A stretch of 56,896 nt of DNA, from the NCBI RefSeq assembly GCF_001194135.2, contig NC_068994.1, positions 27,533,525-27,590,420 on the forward strand. The letters run 5' to 3'. The stretch comes from Octopus bimaculoides. Its lineage: Eukaryota. Shown here in pieces: positions 1 through 12,192 of this stretch. The translations under genes and the position numbers were made by a program. Under the pieces are notes generated by a model. It was not told the origin of the DNA. It did not search any database and saw only the letters and a program-made list of their open reading frames with translations. Within the stretch, counting starts at the first letter, position 1. Each line of letters opens with the position of its first letter.

Positions 1-369
1 AAAATGGGTAAGGGTGGGTAGGTACCGTCAGCGAGTAGATAGGGCTCTTAATTGTAGATTTTAAATATTTGAGAGACAACAATGCATAAATCGTAATTTT
101 TAAAAGAGCAATGAATTCTAGGTGAATAGAATATATACGTAGCATGAATTTAGGAAGCTTAGAAAATGAATAAGTATGAATTTAAGACAAAAACTGAATT
201 CAATTGAATTTCATGGAGAGAAACAAGATAGAGGGCAGACTAAATAGAGGGCAGACTAAAGCACGAAGGTATGAGATGTTTGAGGCCGTAAATAAATAAA
301 AATCTCTATCTTATCTGCATCTTGGAGACTTCGTCATAGTATGTCAGCGGAATATATATATACATATAC

Positions 370-3330
370 ATATATACATGTATAATCCATTTGGTCTTCA
401 TGTTTCTTTGTTCTTGTTGTTGATCTAGGTGAGGGTACTGGATTGTGTAGTTTTCTGGTTGTTACCTCTGACTGGTAGTTAGGAGCCCAAACTCTCTGGT
501 AGCACATGGGGAGGCTGCTCTATCAACAGTTGTATAATATCAGTGTATCTTTAGTGCCATGTCGAGCATGAATGAGTGTCCCTGCAGCTGCACCTAGTGG
601 GCTTTTCCAAGGCCACACTTACTTCGTCTGCTGCAATATTATAGGGAAGCTGATTACTTGCTTACTTAAGGTGGAAATCATCCCTGGCTGGTCTTTTTTC
701 CATTTTTTTTTTTAGTTAATTCAGTCATGGCAGTCTCCAGTAAACAAAATCACAAACTAGACTCAGCTAAATCACCTACACCTCCTTTTACTATTGCATT
801 CTCCAATATACGTGGTCTCCATTCTAATCTTATGGATGTTGAGTCTTTTCTTGTTTAGATCTCTCCTGACATCCTTGCTTTGAGTGAGACAAATCTCAGT
901 TCAGACATTTCAGATGATTTTCTTGTTCCCAGCTATCTTCCTCTGTACCAGAAGGACTCTTACAATCATATGCATGGCTTGGGCATCTTTGTTCATGCCA
1001 ATCTTCCTTCCTCCTTGATCTTTTTTTTTTTTTGCATCAAGTCCTGATATCTGTAAGGTTTGTCATGGTTCTCCACTCAGGGGATCTGATCACGTTGCTG
1101 TTTCAGTTGATGAATTGTTCTGCTGCCACAGAGTCCCCAATTCATTGTACTCTATTCAGCTATGATCGTGGTGACTGGGACAATTTTCTCGACTTTTTTT
1201 GTGACATTCCTTGGACTGATATTTTTGCTAAACCTGCTGAGGCCTGTACTGGGGAAGTTCCTACTTGGATTTCCACTGGTATTAACACCTTCATACCATC
1301 TCGCAAATACCAGCTGAAACTGCATTCCTCACTCTGATTTTCTCCTGCTTGTGCTGCTGCTATTGCTCATTGTAATCATTTTTTCCACTAGTTTCAGCAA
1401 GATAATTCTGCAGCGAATAAACAGCTTTTCACCAATGCTCACAATCATTGTCGGGCTGTCATTCATGATGCTAAATCAGACTATGAGCAGTACATTCATG
1501 ATCATATATCATCCCAGAAAGTAGGCTCTTGTGACTTCTGGAGAATTATTAAAAGTGTTAGAAGTAACAATAAATCTTCTATTCCTCCTTTATTCAATGG
1601 ACCTTAGGTATTGACAACATCTAATGATAAAGCAGAGCTCTTTGCTAAACTGTTTAGTTCTCACTCTATTCTCCATGACACTGGTCATCTACTTCCTGAT
1701 GTTTTTCTCAAAACTGATAACTTATTACACAGTTGCCATATTACTTCTTCTAAAGTCGCAGCCATTGTGGCACAGTTGGATCCATGTAAAGCAACTGGAC
1801 CTGATGGTATTTCAGTCATTGTTCTTCAGAAGTGCTCTCCTGAGTTGTCTTCTGTCTTATCTAAGCTCTTCTGAAAGTGTATCTCAGAATCTTGTTTTCC
1901 TTCTTTATGGAAATTCCCAACTGTTGTTCCTGTCTTTAAGAACTGTGGTGATTGATCTAATCCTCGTGATTATAGATCAATTAGTCTACTACCAATCATC
2001 AGTAGAGTTTTTGAGTCCTTGGTTAATGACTCTCTTGTAAAATATCTTGACTCAAATTGTTTATTCTCTGACTCTCAATATGGTTTCCATCCTGGACAGT
2101 CTACTGCTGACCTTCTCACTGTTATATCTGAATGTGTTTATCATGCCTTGAATGTATCTGGTCAGGATAGGGCAGTGGCTCTTGATATCTCTAAGGCATT
2201 TGATAGGGTTTGGCATGCTGGACTTCTATGGAAGCTCCAATCCTTTGGTGTGTCAGGTTTCATGCTAAACATCATCTCCTCTTTCCTTTATGACTATAGG
2301 ATCATTGATGGTCAATCTTCATCTAGTTATTCTAATAAATGCTAGGGTTCATCAAGGCTCTGTCCTGGGCCCAACTCTCTCCTTTTTATCAATGATCTGC
2401 TTGATCATGTCATCTGTCAGCTAGTAATCTATGCTGATGACTCTACTTTGTACTTTTGTTTGGACAAATCCAACGACTTGTCTGATAAGGTTGAGATCAC
2501 TGCTAACCTTGAGAATGATCTTTGATCTGTTGTTGAGTGGGGTAGGAAATGGCTTGTAACGTTCAATCCATCGAAAACTAAACTTCTTTCAATTAATCGC
2601 TTCAGACATTTTTTCTTACCATCAGTTTCAGTGGATGGTATTAACTTACCTGAGAGTTGTTCTCTTCATTCCTCGGAGTGACTTTCTGTAATGATTTTTG
2701 TTGGCAAACTTACATTGAATCTATTTCTAAATTGGCTGCAATGAAGGTAGGCTCACTCCTTCATTCGAGGAGTTGTCTCACTCCTGAGACTATTCTTTAT
2801 CTTTATAAGTCCATCATTTGCCCTTGCATTGAGTATTGTTGTCACAAATGGGCAGGTGCTCCTGCAGATTTTTAACTCTGTTGGACCACATTCAATGCCA
2901 TATTTGTAAAACTATTGGTCCTGATCTATCTTCTAAATTGGATTCACTCTCTCATCATCGTCGGGTGGCTTCCTTGTCTCTTTTCTATAAGTATTTTCAT
3001 GGACATTGTTCAGCTGAGCTCTCTTCCTTGGTTCCTCCTTTAAGAACTTATCAGCAATCAACTAGACTTGCATCCAGTTCTCATCAATATACTGTGCAAC
3101 CTCCTAAATGTCGTAAAGCACTTTACAGTACCAGTTTCTTCCCTTGCACCTGTGAACTTTGAAATTCCCTTCCACAGTCTTGTTTTTCTCTTCGATATGA
3201 CCTCCAATCTTTTAAGTCTAATGTACATTGTCACCTATTGACTTCTGTCTCGCGTCCATTTTATTCTAGTAGATCTTACATTTTCAGTGGTCTAAGGATC
3301 TTGTAATGAGCGAATGCTTTAAAAAAATTC
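370..3330 (+). mobile_element. Near full-length, decayed CR1/L2-type LINE (APE + RT pseudogene, ORF about 727-3245)
   Basis: ATG at 727 gives MAVSSKQNHK...FSNIRGL...LALSETNL (APE) and SDHVAV. RT motifs QYGFHPGQSTADLL, AVALDISKAFDRVWH, QGSVLGP and YADDSTL follow, then C-terminal FSLRYDLQSFKSNV. Many stops and frameshifts; the 5' boundary is approximate. Confidence 0.9.
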
Positions 3331-3340
3331 TGTATATATA

Positions 3341-3732
3341 GGTGCAAGAGTGGCTGTGTGGTAAGAAGCTTGCTTCCCAACCACATGGTTCCAGGTTCAG
3401 TCCCACTGCATGGCACCTTGGGCAAGTGTCTTCTACTATAGCTCAAGCCAACCAAAGCCTTGTGAGTGGATTTGGCAGACGGAAACTGAAAGAAGCCTGT
3501 TGTATATGTATATGTATGTTTTTGTGTATGTGTCTGCGTTTGTCCCCCCACCATCGCTTTACAACCGATGTTGGTGTGTTTACAGCCCTGTAACTTAGCA
3601 GTTCAGCAAAAGAGACTGATAAAATAAGTACCAGGCTTACAAAGAATAAGTCCTGGGATTGATTTGTTCAGCTAAAGGCAGTGCTCCAGCATGGTCACAG
3701 TCAAATGATGGAAACAAGTAAAAGAATAAAAG

Positions 3733-3735
<3 letters not shown>
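3341..3735 (+). mobile_element. tRNA-derived SINE, type A (head + microsatellite + tail A)
   Basis: A-box-like TGGCTGTGTGG, B-box-like GGTTCAGTCCC, central (TA/TG)n, and tail ending gaaacaagtaaaagaataaaagaa. Homologous to many other copies in the window. Confidence 0.9.
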
Positions 3736-3773
<38 letters not shown>

Positions 3774-3837
3774 TACACACACATATATTGCATACATATA
3801 TGTATTTATATCATATATATCTATGTATATTTATAAT

Positions 3838-4287
3838 ATCATCATCATCATCATTTAACGTCTGCTTTCCATGCTAGCATGGGTTGGACGATTTGACTGG
3901 GGACTGGCGAACCAGATGGCTACACCAGACTCCAATCTGATCTGGCAGTGTTTCTACAGCTGGATGCCCTTCCTAACGCCAACCACTCTGAGAATGTAGT
4001 GGGTGCTTTTTACATGCCACCGACATGAGGGCTAGTCCTGCAGAACTGGCAATGGCCACGCTCAAATGGTATTTTTTTACGTGCCACCTGCACAGGAGTC
4101 AGTCCAATGTTTTGTTCACATGCTACCGGCACATGTGCCAGTAAGGCGAAGCTGGAAACGATCGTGCTCAAATGGTGCTTTTTACATGCCACTGGCACAG
4201 AAGCGAGACCGCTGCTCTGGCAGTGATCCCGCTTGGATGGTGCTGTTAGCGCTCTACTGGTATGGGTGCCAGTCATCGAATTTGGTT
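3838..4287 (-). mobile_element. 5'-truncated RTE LINE 3' end with (GAT)n tail
   Basis: Near-identical to 43538-43776, which lies downstream of an RTE ORF C-terminus across a gap. The (CAT)n on the plus strand is the tail. Confidence 0.8.
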
Positions 4288-4378
4288 CAGTTTCGATAAT
4301 ATATTACATATATATATTTATATATGAGATAAATATATATATATAATATAATATAAATAATATAGATATAATATAACA

Positions 4379-4450
<72 letters not shown>

Positions 4451-5167
4451 GTAATGTAGAAGTAAATGTATGCCTCTCTAATTTGGTGCATTTCAGTTTG
4501 ACCAACCGAAATGCTAACTCATTGAATTACTATATATGTGGCTGATTATTCCACTAGGACTTGCACTCTTTATGTAATTTTCAAGCAGAACTATAATAAA
4601 ACAATGTATGTCAAGGTTGGGTTTTGGAATTACAATTTCAATCCCTCTAATGGGCTTACACACTCTTCCCATCTACCCAATTTTTCTTTCAAGTTTTCAC
4701 TGAACCCAACAGTAGAGTAAAAATTACTTGCCGAAAATGCATACTTTCCAAACATACACAAGTATATGCACACAACCTCAAATATACACATATAAAATGT
4801 GTATTTACTCTGAATTCTTTACAGTTTTCCATTGATGTCTCTCTCTTGCTTTTGTATATAAATATACATCCTTTTAATTATCAAGTTGAACTCTGTGCTC
4901 TCTACACTGTCTACTGTAATTTGATGTTGCTTAAATACCATTGTAACATGGGGTTGGGTTTTTGGGGGGGTTTTTGTCTTTTTTTGCTTTTGGCAAAATG
5001 GACTATACCTGCTAATGGAATTGTCTTGAATATTTGAATATTTTTTCATTTACTATTATTTCATTTCACTGAGGAGACTAAGTTCAAATAATACCTCTCA
5101 GGTTGAGAAATTAGTTATGAATATACAGAATATTTGATCTGTGAATCTTTGTAGATGGACTTCAACA

Positions 5168-5169
<2 letters not shown>

Positions 5170-5224
<55 letters not shown>

Positions 5225-5243
5225 ACACACACACACACACACA
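5170..5243. repeat. Compound (CT)n(CA)n microsatellite, representative of dozens in the window
   Basis: Directly visible. Similar (TA)n, (CA)n, (TG)n, (GAT)n, (AAT)n and (TAC)n tracts occur throughout, and most N gaps are flanked by one. Confidence 0.98.
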
Positions 5244-5264
5244 AATCACACATGACAGTATAAT

Positions 5265-5658
5265 GCACAGCCATAGTTGTATGGTTAGAAAAAAAGTTTG
5301 CTTTCCAGCCATGTGGTTTGGGATTCATTTCCGCTGTCTCATTGTGTGGCACCCTAGACAAGTCTCTTCTACTGTAGTCCTGGACTGACCAAAGCTTTGT
5401 AAGTGGATTTGGTAGATGGAAACTGAAAGAAGTGTCATGAATATGTGTGTGCATGTATGTATGTCTCTTTGTCTACATGATTGTTATAAATTAATGCCAT
5501 TAATTTGCAATATTCTGCAAAAACATGTTTGGTTATGTGGAAATAGAACTTTACTTGGAAACAGGTGAGGGTTAGCAACAGGAAGAGCATTTGACTATAG
5601 AAAATTTGCTGCAATAAACTCCATCCAACCCATGCATGGAAAAGTGAACACTAAAAAT

Positions 5659-5689
<31 letters not shown>

Positions 5690-5690
5690 A
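5265..5690 (+). mobile_element. SINE type B (type A head + RTE-like tail ending in (GAT)n)
   Basis: Head homologous to SINE A. Tail ggttagcaacaggaagagcat...tccaacccatgc...gatgatgat resembles the RTE 3' end. Confidence 0.8.
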
Positions 5691-6169
5691 GTAAATACAT
5701 ATGTACATATATACTCTTTTTTGTTCATCTAGCTACCGGAAGGTGGGCGGAGACTTTTGTGTTGGTGGAGTGTCAAATCACACCAAATACAGGCATGTTC
5801 TTGCAAAGTGCCCTGTGATACCCCCATCAGGCCTACGACTATCCACATCCAAACCAATTATTGCTACAATGTCTATTATAAAATTCAACTTAACCCAAAA
5901 TGAGGTAAATAAAAATGAAATTTTTTTATTTCTCAAATAATTCCATTCTTTTATTAAATTTAAATATTTCCACTGAGTGAATCTGTAAAGATAATTGTGT
6001 AAACTGTAGTTTTTGTTGTCATTTAAACCCAAGTCATTCTTGATGGAGTTGATCTATGACCAGTGGTTTTCCATCGCTGATCATCGTTTTTTTATGCCAA
6101 AAATGCATCCTTCCTCTTTTTTTTTTTTTAAACAATAAAGTATTGTTTGAAGGATTTGACTGCTATTTC

Positions 6170-7540
6170 TAGGACTTTATGTGGTACATCATAGAGAGGG
6201 TGGGTAAGGTATGTGGCATGGATGGGACCCTGAGCAACTTAGATCAATCAAAAGCTTTCAATACGATTGACTACCAATATTTGTGTGTTGTCCTCAAACT
6301 ATCCAATTTCATTCTTCCTCCAGGGCTGTATCACCACAATGAAAAGCAATGTCAGCTCAAGGTTTTGAGTGAAAGGCTTCTTACATGAATTATTCAGTAC
6401 CATGCACTCAATCTGTTAAGCTTGTCCCTTCTCATCTCTTTTGTATAAACTAGCTCTTGAACCACTACTGCGGAAACCACAAGTAAGATGCAGAAGATCT
6501 GTATTGGCATACGTGGATGTCACTGTAATAGTGTTAGACATCAAACAAATTGAGGCGATTGGTTAGGCCCAGATCTCTAGGCAGAAAAGAAATGGGGTAA
6601 GGTGACAAGAAATGTGGTCAGTCCACCAAGAAATGAGCTGAGAAGAAGCTATTCCTGGAAGGTCAGGCAGTGGTGACAAATGCCAACATCGCCTCCATCA
6701 TTTCTTACTGCCTGATCATTGTGCCTTTCTCTACTTCAAGTTTAATTGGAATGGAACATCTGCTCTCCTACTTTTTTGTCAAAGAACACATTCATTGGTC
6801 AGCCACTTCATTTGCTGCCAACATCCACTGAGTGGTGGACTGGCCATGTCATGGCTGATGATGTATAGGCATGCATTGAGCCTGCTACGTTTTCAGTGAT
6901 GATGGACAGGTGTGGTTGCCATTTGTCAGAAGCCTTTGTTTCCACAGTTGTCTTTTTGATGGAGTTGCAATCCTGGGCCAAAGACTGAAATAGTGCACTT
7001 AGCATCTAGAATATTGTCAAGGGCTCAAAGACCTCTACCAGTGGGGCAATGTGATAAATATAATTTCAATGTTGACACTATGTAGCAGCTAAGTGTTGGA
7101 CAGAAGAAATGTTCTTGAAAGAAATCTGAACATCAATTAAAATTAGTTGGATAGTTTGTACCAGAAATAACCTTCACAAATTCTTGGCCTGGCAGTGCTA
7201 CCAGAGGTTACTGCTGATTTGAGAGAAACCTTATAGACACTAAAGTGCTGGGCCTCTCCAAGACGTGTGCAAAGCAAGGAAATCTTCCATGTAGTCATCC
7301 AGTGCTTAACTATTGCTTACTTATGGAGTTATTTGAAAAATGACTATTATGTGTAAGGTGGATTTGGTTATTAGCTGAGTCCATAATGAAGATTGTCCCA
7401 TTGCCTTCCTCAGGTCAGGAAGAACAGGCAATTTTATCTATCTGATTACATTGAGGAAAGTGCTTGTCTGGTGGATGTGAAAGAAAGGGTTGAAACAGAT
7501 TCTGCCTTGGTATTTAGGTTAATTTAACCAATTGTACTAT
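6170..7540 (+). pseudogene. Highly decayed L1/Tx1-clade reverse transcriptase relic
   Basis: NLDQSKAFNTIDYQYL (LDQxKAFD motif), LLYKLALEPLLRK-like segment and LAYVD (YADD-like) in the expected order. Heavily frameshifted. Confidence 0.65.
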
Positions 7541-7629
7541 GCACGTGAAATTTTGGTCTTAAGAATTAAATACTGAGACTAACAGTATCAACTAATCCCA
7601 CTGCCAAATTTCAGGTAATAATCAACAGT

Positions 7630-7830
7630 GAGCTGGCAAATTAATTGCTAGAATGTCAGAGAAAATGCTTTGAGGTATCTATTCAAGCTCTTTATGTTCT
7701 GAGTTTGTCATCTTTCATTCTTCTAATATTGATAAAATAAAGTACCTGTCAAGTATTAGAGTCAATGGTATTGACAAGGTCCCTCCCCCGAATTTTCAGA
7801 CTTTGTGCCTTTAGTAGAAAGGACTAATAT
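7630..7830 (+). mobile_element. SINE type C (decayed)
   Basis: Matches the reverse complement of the copies at 38410-39570 (core ttcat...gataaaataaagtacc). Confidence 0.6.
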
Positions 7831-8478
7831 CATTATTACTACTACTGTCATCATCATCATCATCATCATCTTTGCTTGATTGTTTTTGTTGACATTTTTC
7901 AGAAGAGGTGGAGTAATTTAAAGCTAATTATTGAATTTCTTCTCAAGTAATTAAACTACATTTCATTAACATCACTTGGAGTAGGAAGGGAGCGATCTAA
8001 ATGTGATCAATTACTAAAATGATTAATTAATGAACACAACTGCAGTGGACTTTGATTGCTAATTAGACATGCTAGTATTTATTTATCATCATTACAGCTG
8101 TCTGAATTAGTCACAGAATCTATCTAAAGATATTCTGACTTCTGATTTCTTTGTCTTGGAAAATGGAAAATAATATTTTAGGAAGAAATTACTAAAAATA
8201 ATGCAAAATAATATTTTGAAATGTTAGTGTTAGTTTAGTGTGTGTTTGTGTACATATTACTGTGGGAGAGAGTGAATGCATGTATGAGAGTGTGTGTGAT
8301 AATATGTGAACAGATGGTTGTGTGAGCACATTTGTATGTATGAATGAGTGCACTGTATGTGTGCAATGCACTCATTGTGTGTGAATTTGTATGTAGTGAT
8401 TGTATCAAGAATGCTTTGCACAAACCATTTTACATATATATAAAGCTGTTCATTTTTTTATTTCCATGATATATAATA

Positions 8479-8518
<40 letters not shown>

Positions 8519-8963
8519 ACACACACAATTATATTTAACACATTTGTGTACACTCAGATGTGGAAAGCCTTCTCTGTTGAAACTATCTTAGAAGCAAAAT
8601 TCTGTCTAAGCAATATGTGAAAACACACCATTTGGTTATGAATCATATCAACTAACTGTAGGACACATCCATTTTTATGTCATTGCATTTCATCAGTTAT
8701 GGAAACCAAATCTGTTGTTCAGACCCTACTAAGAAACAACTACTCTTTTATTTAAACAGAAAATAGTACATTTGCTGAAGTATGCAGCGCTTGGTCAAGC
8801 TGCAATTAATTAACTAGAGGAATATAAAACAGTGTTGATTGAAATATATTTCTTCATATACAACTGGCACACTCTGGTTCTTCCCTGAGGAAAGTCATAA
8901 CTAAAAACAGACCATGACGAAACAACAAAGGTGATTGTCTAACTGCCCAAAGAAGGACAAATA

Positions 8964-10233
8964 CAGAAGTGAGACAAAATAATGGAAACACCTTAAAATT
9001 TCAAACAAATTTATTTTCATATGGGGTAGGACCGCCTTTGGCAGTAATTACAGCTTGAATTCTATGAGGTATGGACTCGTATAAAGTTTGAATTGTTTCC
9101 AAAGGAATTTTTGTCCATTCTTCAGCTAAAACAGTCTCCAGTTCTTGTAGTGATGATGGTGGAGGATATCGACTCCTTACATGTTTTTCTCAAATGCACC
9201 ATAAATGTTCAATAATATTGAGATCTGGAGACTGTGGTGGCCAGATAAGCTGTTCAACTTCACTAGAATGTTCCTCATGCCATTCAGTAAAAACTTTAGC
9301 TGTGTGAATTGGTGCATTATCATCCTAAAAGATTGCGTTTCCCTCCGGAAACAGTTTCGCAACCATAGGATGAATTTGGTCAGATAAAATGATTAAATAG
9401 TCTTGACTATTAATTCTGCCATGAAGGGAAACTATTGGGCCAGTGGATTTCCAAGATATAGCCNNNNNNNNNNCCAGATCATCACAGATCCTCCTCCATG
9501 TTTAACAGTTGGAAGAAGTCAGTCTCAAATGCTTCTTTTGGCTGTCTCCAAGCGTATACTCGGCCAGTGGTCGGAAATAAGGTAAATAATGATTCGTCCA
9601 AGAAAATAACATTCTTCGCTGCTCTAGGGACCAATTCTGTAGGTTTTTACTCCACTTTAAATGCTTTGCACCGTTCCTTTTTGAAAGTACTGGTTTTCTG
9701 ATTGCAGCTCACCCGGGAAATCCGGCTTTGTGCAGCTCCCGGCAAACAGTTTTTTGTGGAAACTGGGTTCTCGAGGTGGTCATTAAGCTCTGTAGTAATT
9801 TGGGGACCTGTATTTTTGTGATCCTTTCTAACAATTCACGTAAGAGTCTGACAGTCTCTATTGAAAGTTTTAGTTTTCTTCCAGAGTTTTGTTTCGAAGA
9901 GGAGGTTTTTCCCTCTTTCTCAAAGGCTGTCATTACTTTCGAGTTGGTACTTCTTGATACACCAAACAGTTCAGTTGTTTTTGTTATGCTAGTGCCTGCC
10001 ATACAAGCACCAACAATTTGACCTCTTTGAAAGTCCATCAGATCTATCATTTTAATGAATTTTAATTACTTTTTTCTGATGAAATCTGAAAAGAAACAGC
10101 AATTTTAGCAAAATATATTAAGCAACACTAATGATAAATAAAAAAAAACATAAAAATAAACAAGCTTTTGATGGATTTATAGATATTTCAAAATTTTGAT
10201 GCTAGGTGTTTCCATTATTTTGTCCAACCCCTG
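8964..10233 (-). mobile_element. Complete Tc1-family DNA transposon with decayed transposase (about 10050 to 9020)
   Basis: 30-bp TIRs cagaagtgagacaaaataatggaaacacct / caggggttggacaaaataatggaaacacct (4 mismatches), flanked by TA on both sides. Protein includes MIDLMDFQRGQIVGA...GRK, FLDES, WPPQSPDLNIIE and AKGGPTPY. Confidence 0.93.
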
Positions 10234-10279
10234 TATATGTCTAATGTCTTATGTGGTGTATAAAATCAAATGCAGTGAA

Positions 10280-10834
10280 TTATTCTATATCATAAGTACC
10301 ATCAGCCAAGTACATACAAGGTTTAAACACCAAAGTAAGAGAACTAGCCACTCTTCTAAATATAGATCATGTGGATCACTTAGCCATGACCCCTCCCTAT
10401 ATCATGCTTAAGGATCACCAACTGAGCTTCCTTTCTTATCCCAGATGCAAGCTGATAAACCCTGTAAAATAAGTAAGTGTGTTCGTGATGCTATCAACTC
10501 CAATATTAGAAGGGCTATGAGGTTGAACCAAATGGGCTTGCTGTAGCACAGTAATCAACTAGTTCTGCAACATTGAGAATGAAGCAACTTGTAGATTAAT
10601 CTAGTTCAATATCTAAGATTTCCACCATTCAATATCCTGAAGGCTTTTTATTTCAGGAGTATCAATAACCTCAATGTCAGAATCATCATGAATGCTAGAA
10701 AGTCAATCTTATTTCTCAATGTTTCCTACTGGGTGAAGAAGGAAGGTGGCCCACAATTCAATGTCTCTGTGGTGAGCTACAACAGGGCTGAAATCACTTA
10801 CCTCATTGAAATATTTATCCTGGATACTTAAGGA

Positions 10835-10875
<41 letters not shown>

Positions 10876-11831
10876 CTTGTCTTGTACAGGGATAGTGGTC
10901 TAATAAAGGAAGAATGTGAGAAAGCTCTTCAAAGAATTCAGCTTATCTATTAGTCACCACTAATTTAACGAAGATTGACTTCCTAGACATAGCCCTAGAC
11001 TTGAAGACAAATATTACCCTTATAGAAAACCCAATGAGGAAACTGTGTACATCCACAGAAACCCCACCACTACCACCACCACCAGCTGTAATCAGAAACA
11101 TAGTTATAGGCATAAGTAGAAGAATCTATAAACTATCAGTTGATAGAAATCAACAGGGCTGCCCCCCTCCAATCTCACTGTAACAAGGCATTATTAAGGA
11201 GTGGATTCACTGAGCAGTTAGTATACATAAAGAGTTAGAAAGAAAAAAATAATCTGGTTTAACCTTCCATTTAACCTACAAGCTTCAACCAACATAACTG
11301 GAAGCCTCCTGATGCTAATCAAAACAGAAAACCTTTCCCTAGAACCTATAAGTATTATAAATTTTTCAACCCTCACAATATTAAGGTCAGTTACTCCTGC
11401 TTAGACAATATCACCTCTAACATTGTATGCTACAAACACACATCTCCACAGCCTCCAATCCACAACCCAACCTATAACTTCCAAAATCCTACCTGGCGGG
11501 GAAGGGGGTAGAGTCTTGCCTCTAAGAGCTGTGATCTATAAAACGACCTTCACACCATCTGATGGTGCTACAAGGCATTACACAGGCATGACAGCCAATG
11601 ATTTCAAGGAAAGATATACACAGCATATGTACAGTATATGAACTCCTTTGGATGCAGGAATATGGTAATCTCCACCTCCTTCTCTCATTCCATCTGGAAG
11701 TTCTACTACCATTGGAATGACTTTTCCAGCACTGATTGGAGTATCCCTAACAGTCTCCCCTTACTCATCTGGAACTTTTAGTTGCTAACTCTGCCTCAGC
11801 AAGAGACTACACATACTAACCTGCAGTATTC
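10280..11831 (+). mobile_element. Decayed Penelope-like element (RT + GIY-YIG), interrupted at its 3' side by the hAT
   Basis: MLKDHQLSFLSYPRCKLINP, FNVSVVSYNRAEI, LYRDSGL and FLDIALDL (PLE RT); VIYKTTF...HYTGMTANDFKERYTQH (GIY-YIG). Confidence 0.8.
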
Positions 11832-12192
11832 ATCTACAGCAGTGTCTGCCAAACTGTATGCCACGGCACAGAGGTGTGCCATAAGAGATTCCTGGAGTGC
11901 CACGAAAAATGTTTTCGGAATTTTCAGGAAACAATGATCCAAGAACATTCACAAAGTTCAAGCGTAAATATAAATGAATTACATAACTTGTAAAATACAG
12001 TAAATATAAATTAATTACATTACACAATAAACAGCAGTTATGCTACAATATATTACATTTCTGCATTTTAACCAGAATTGCCTGTAAGTAAATTGTTTAG
12101 TAATCCTAGTAGTTTTTAATTTTTGATTTATTTATAATTTACATAAATTATTTTATGTTAATTTTAATTGATTTTTAGTTTTAGATTTAAAC

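Noticed and set aside
3341-3420. tRNA-like A/B boxes in SINE heads
   Set aside because: No cloverleaf could be drawn, and they are part of a multi-copy SINE, so they were not called tRNA genes.
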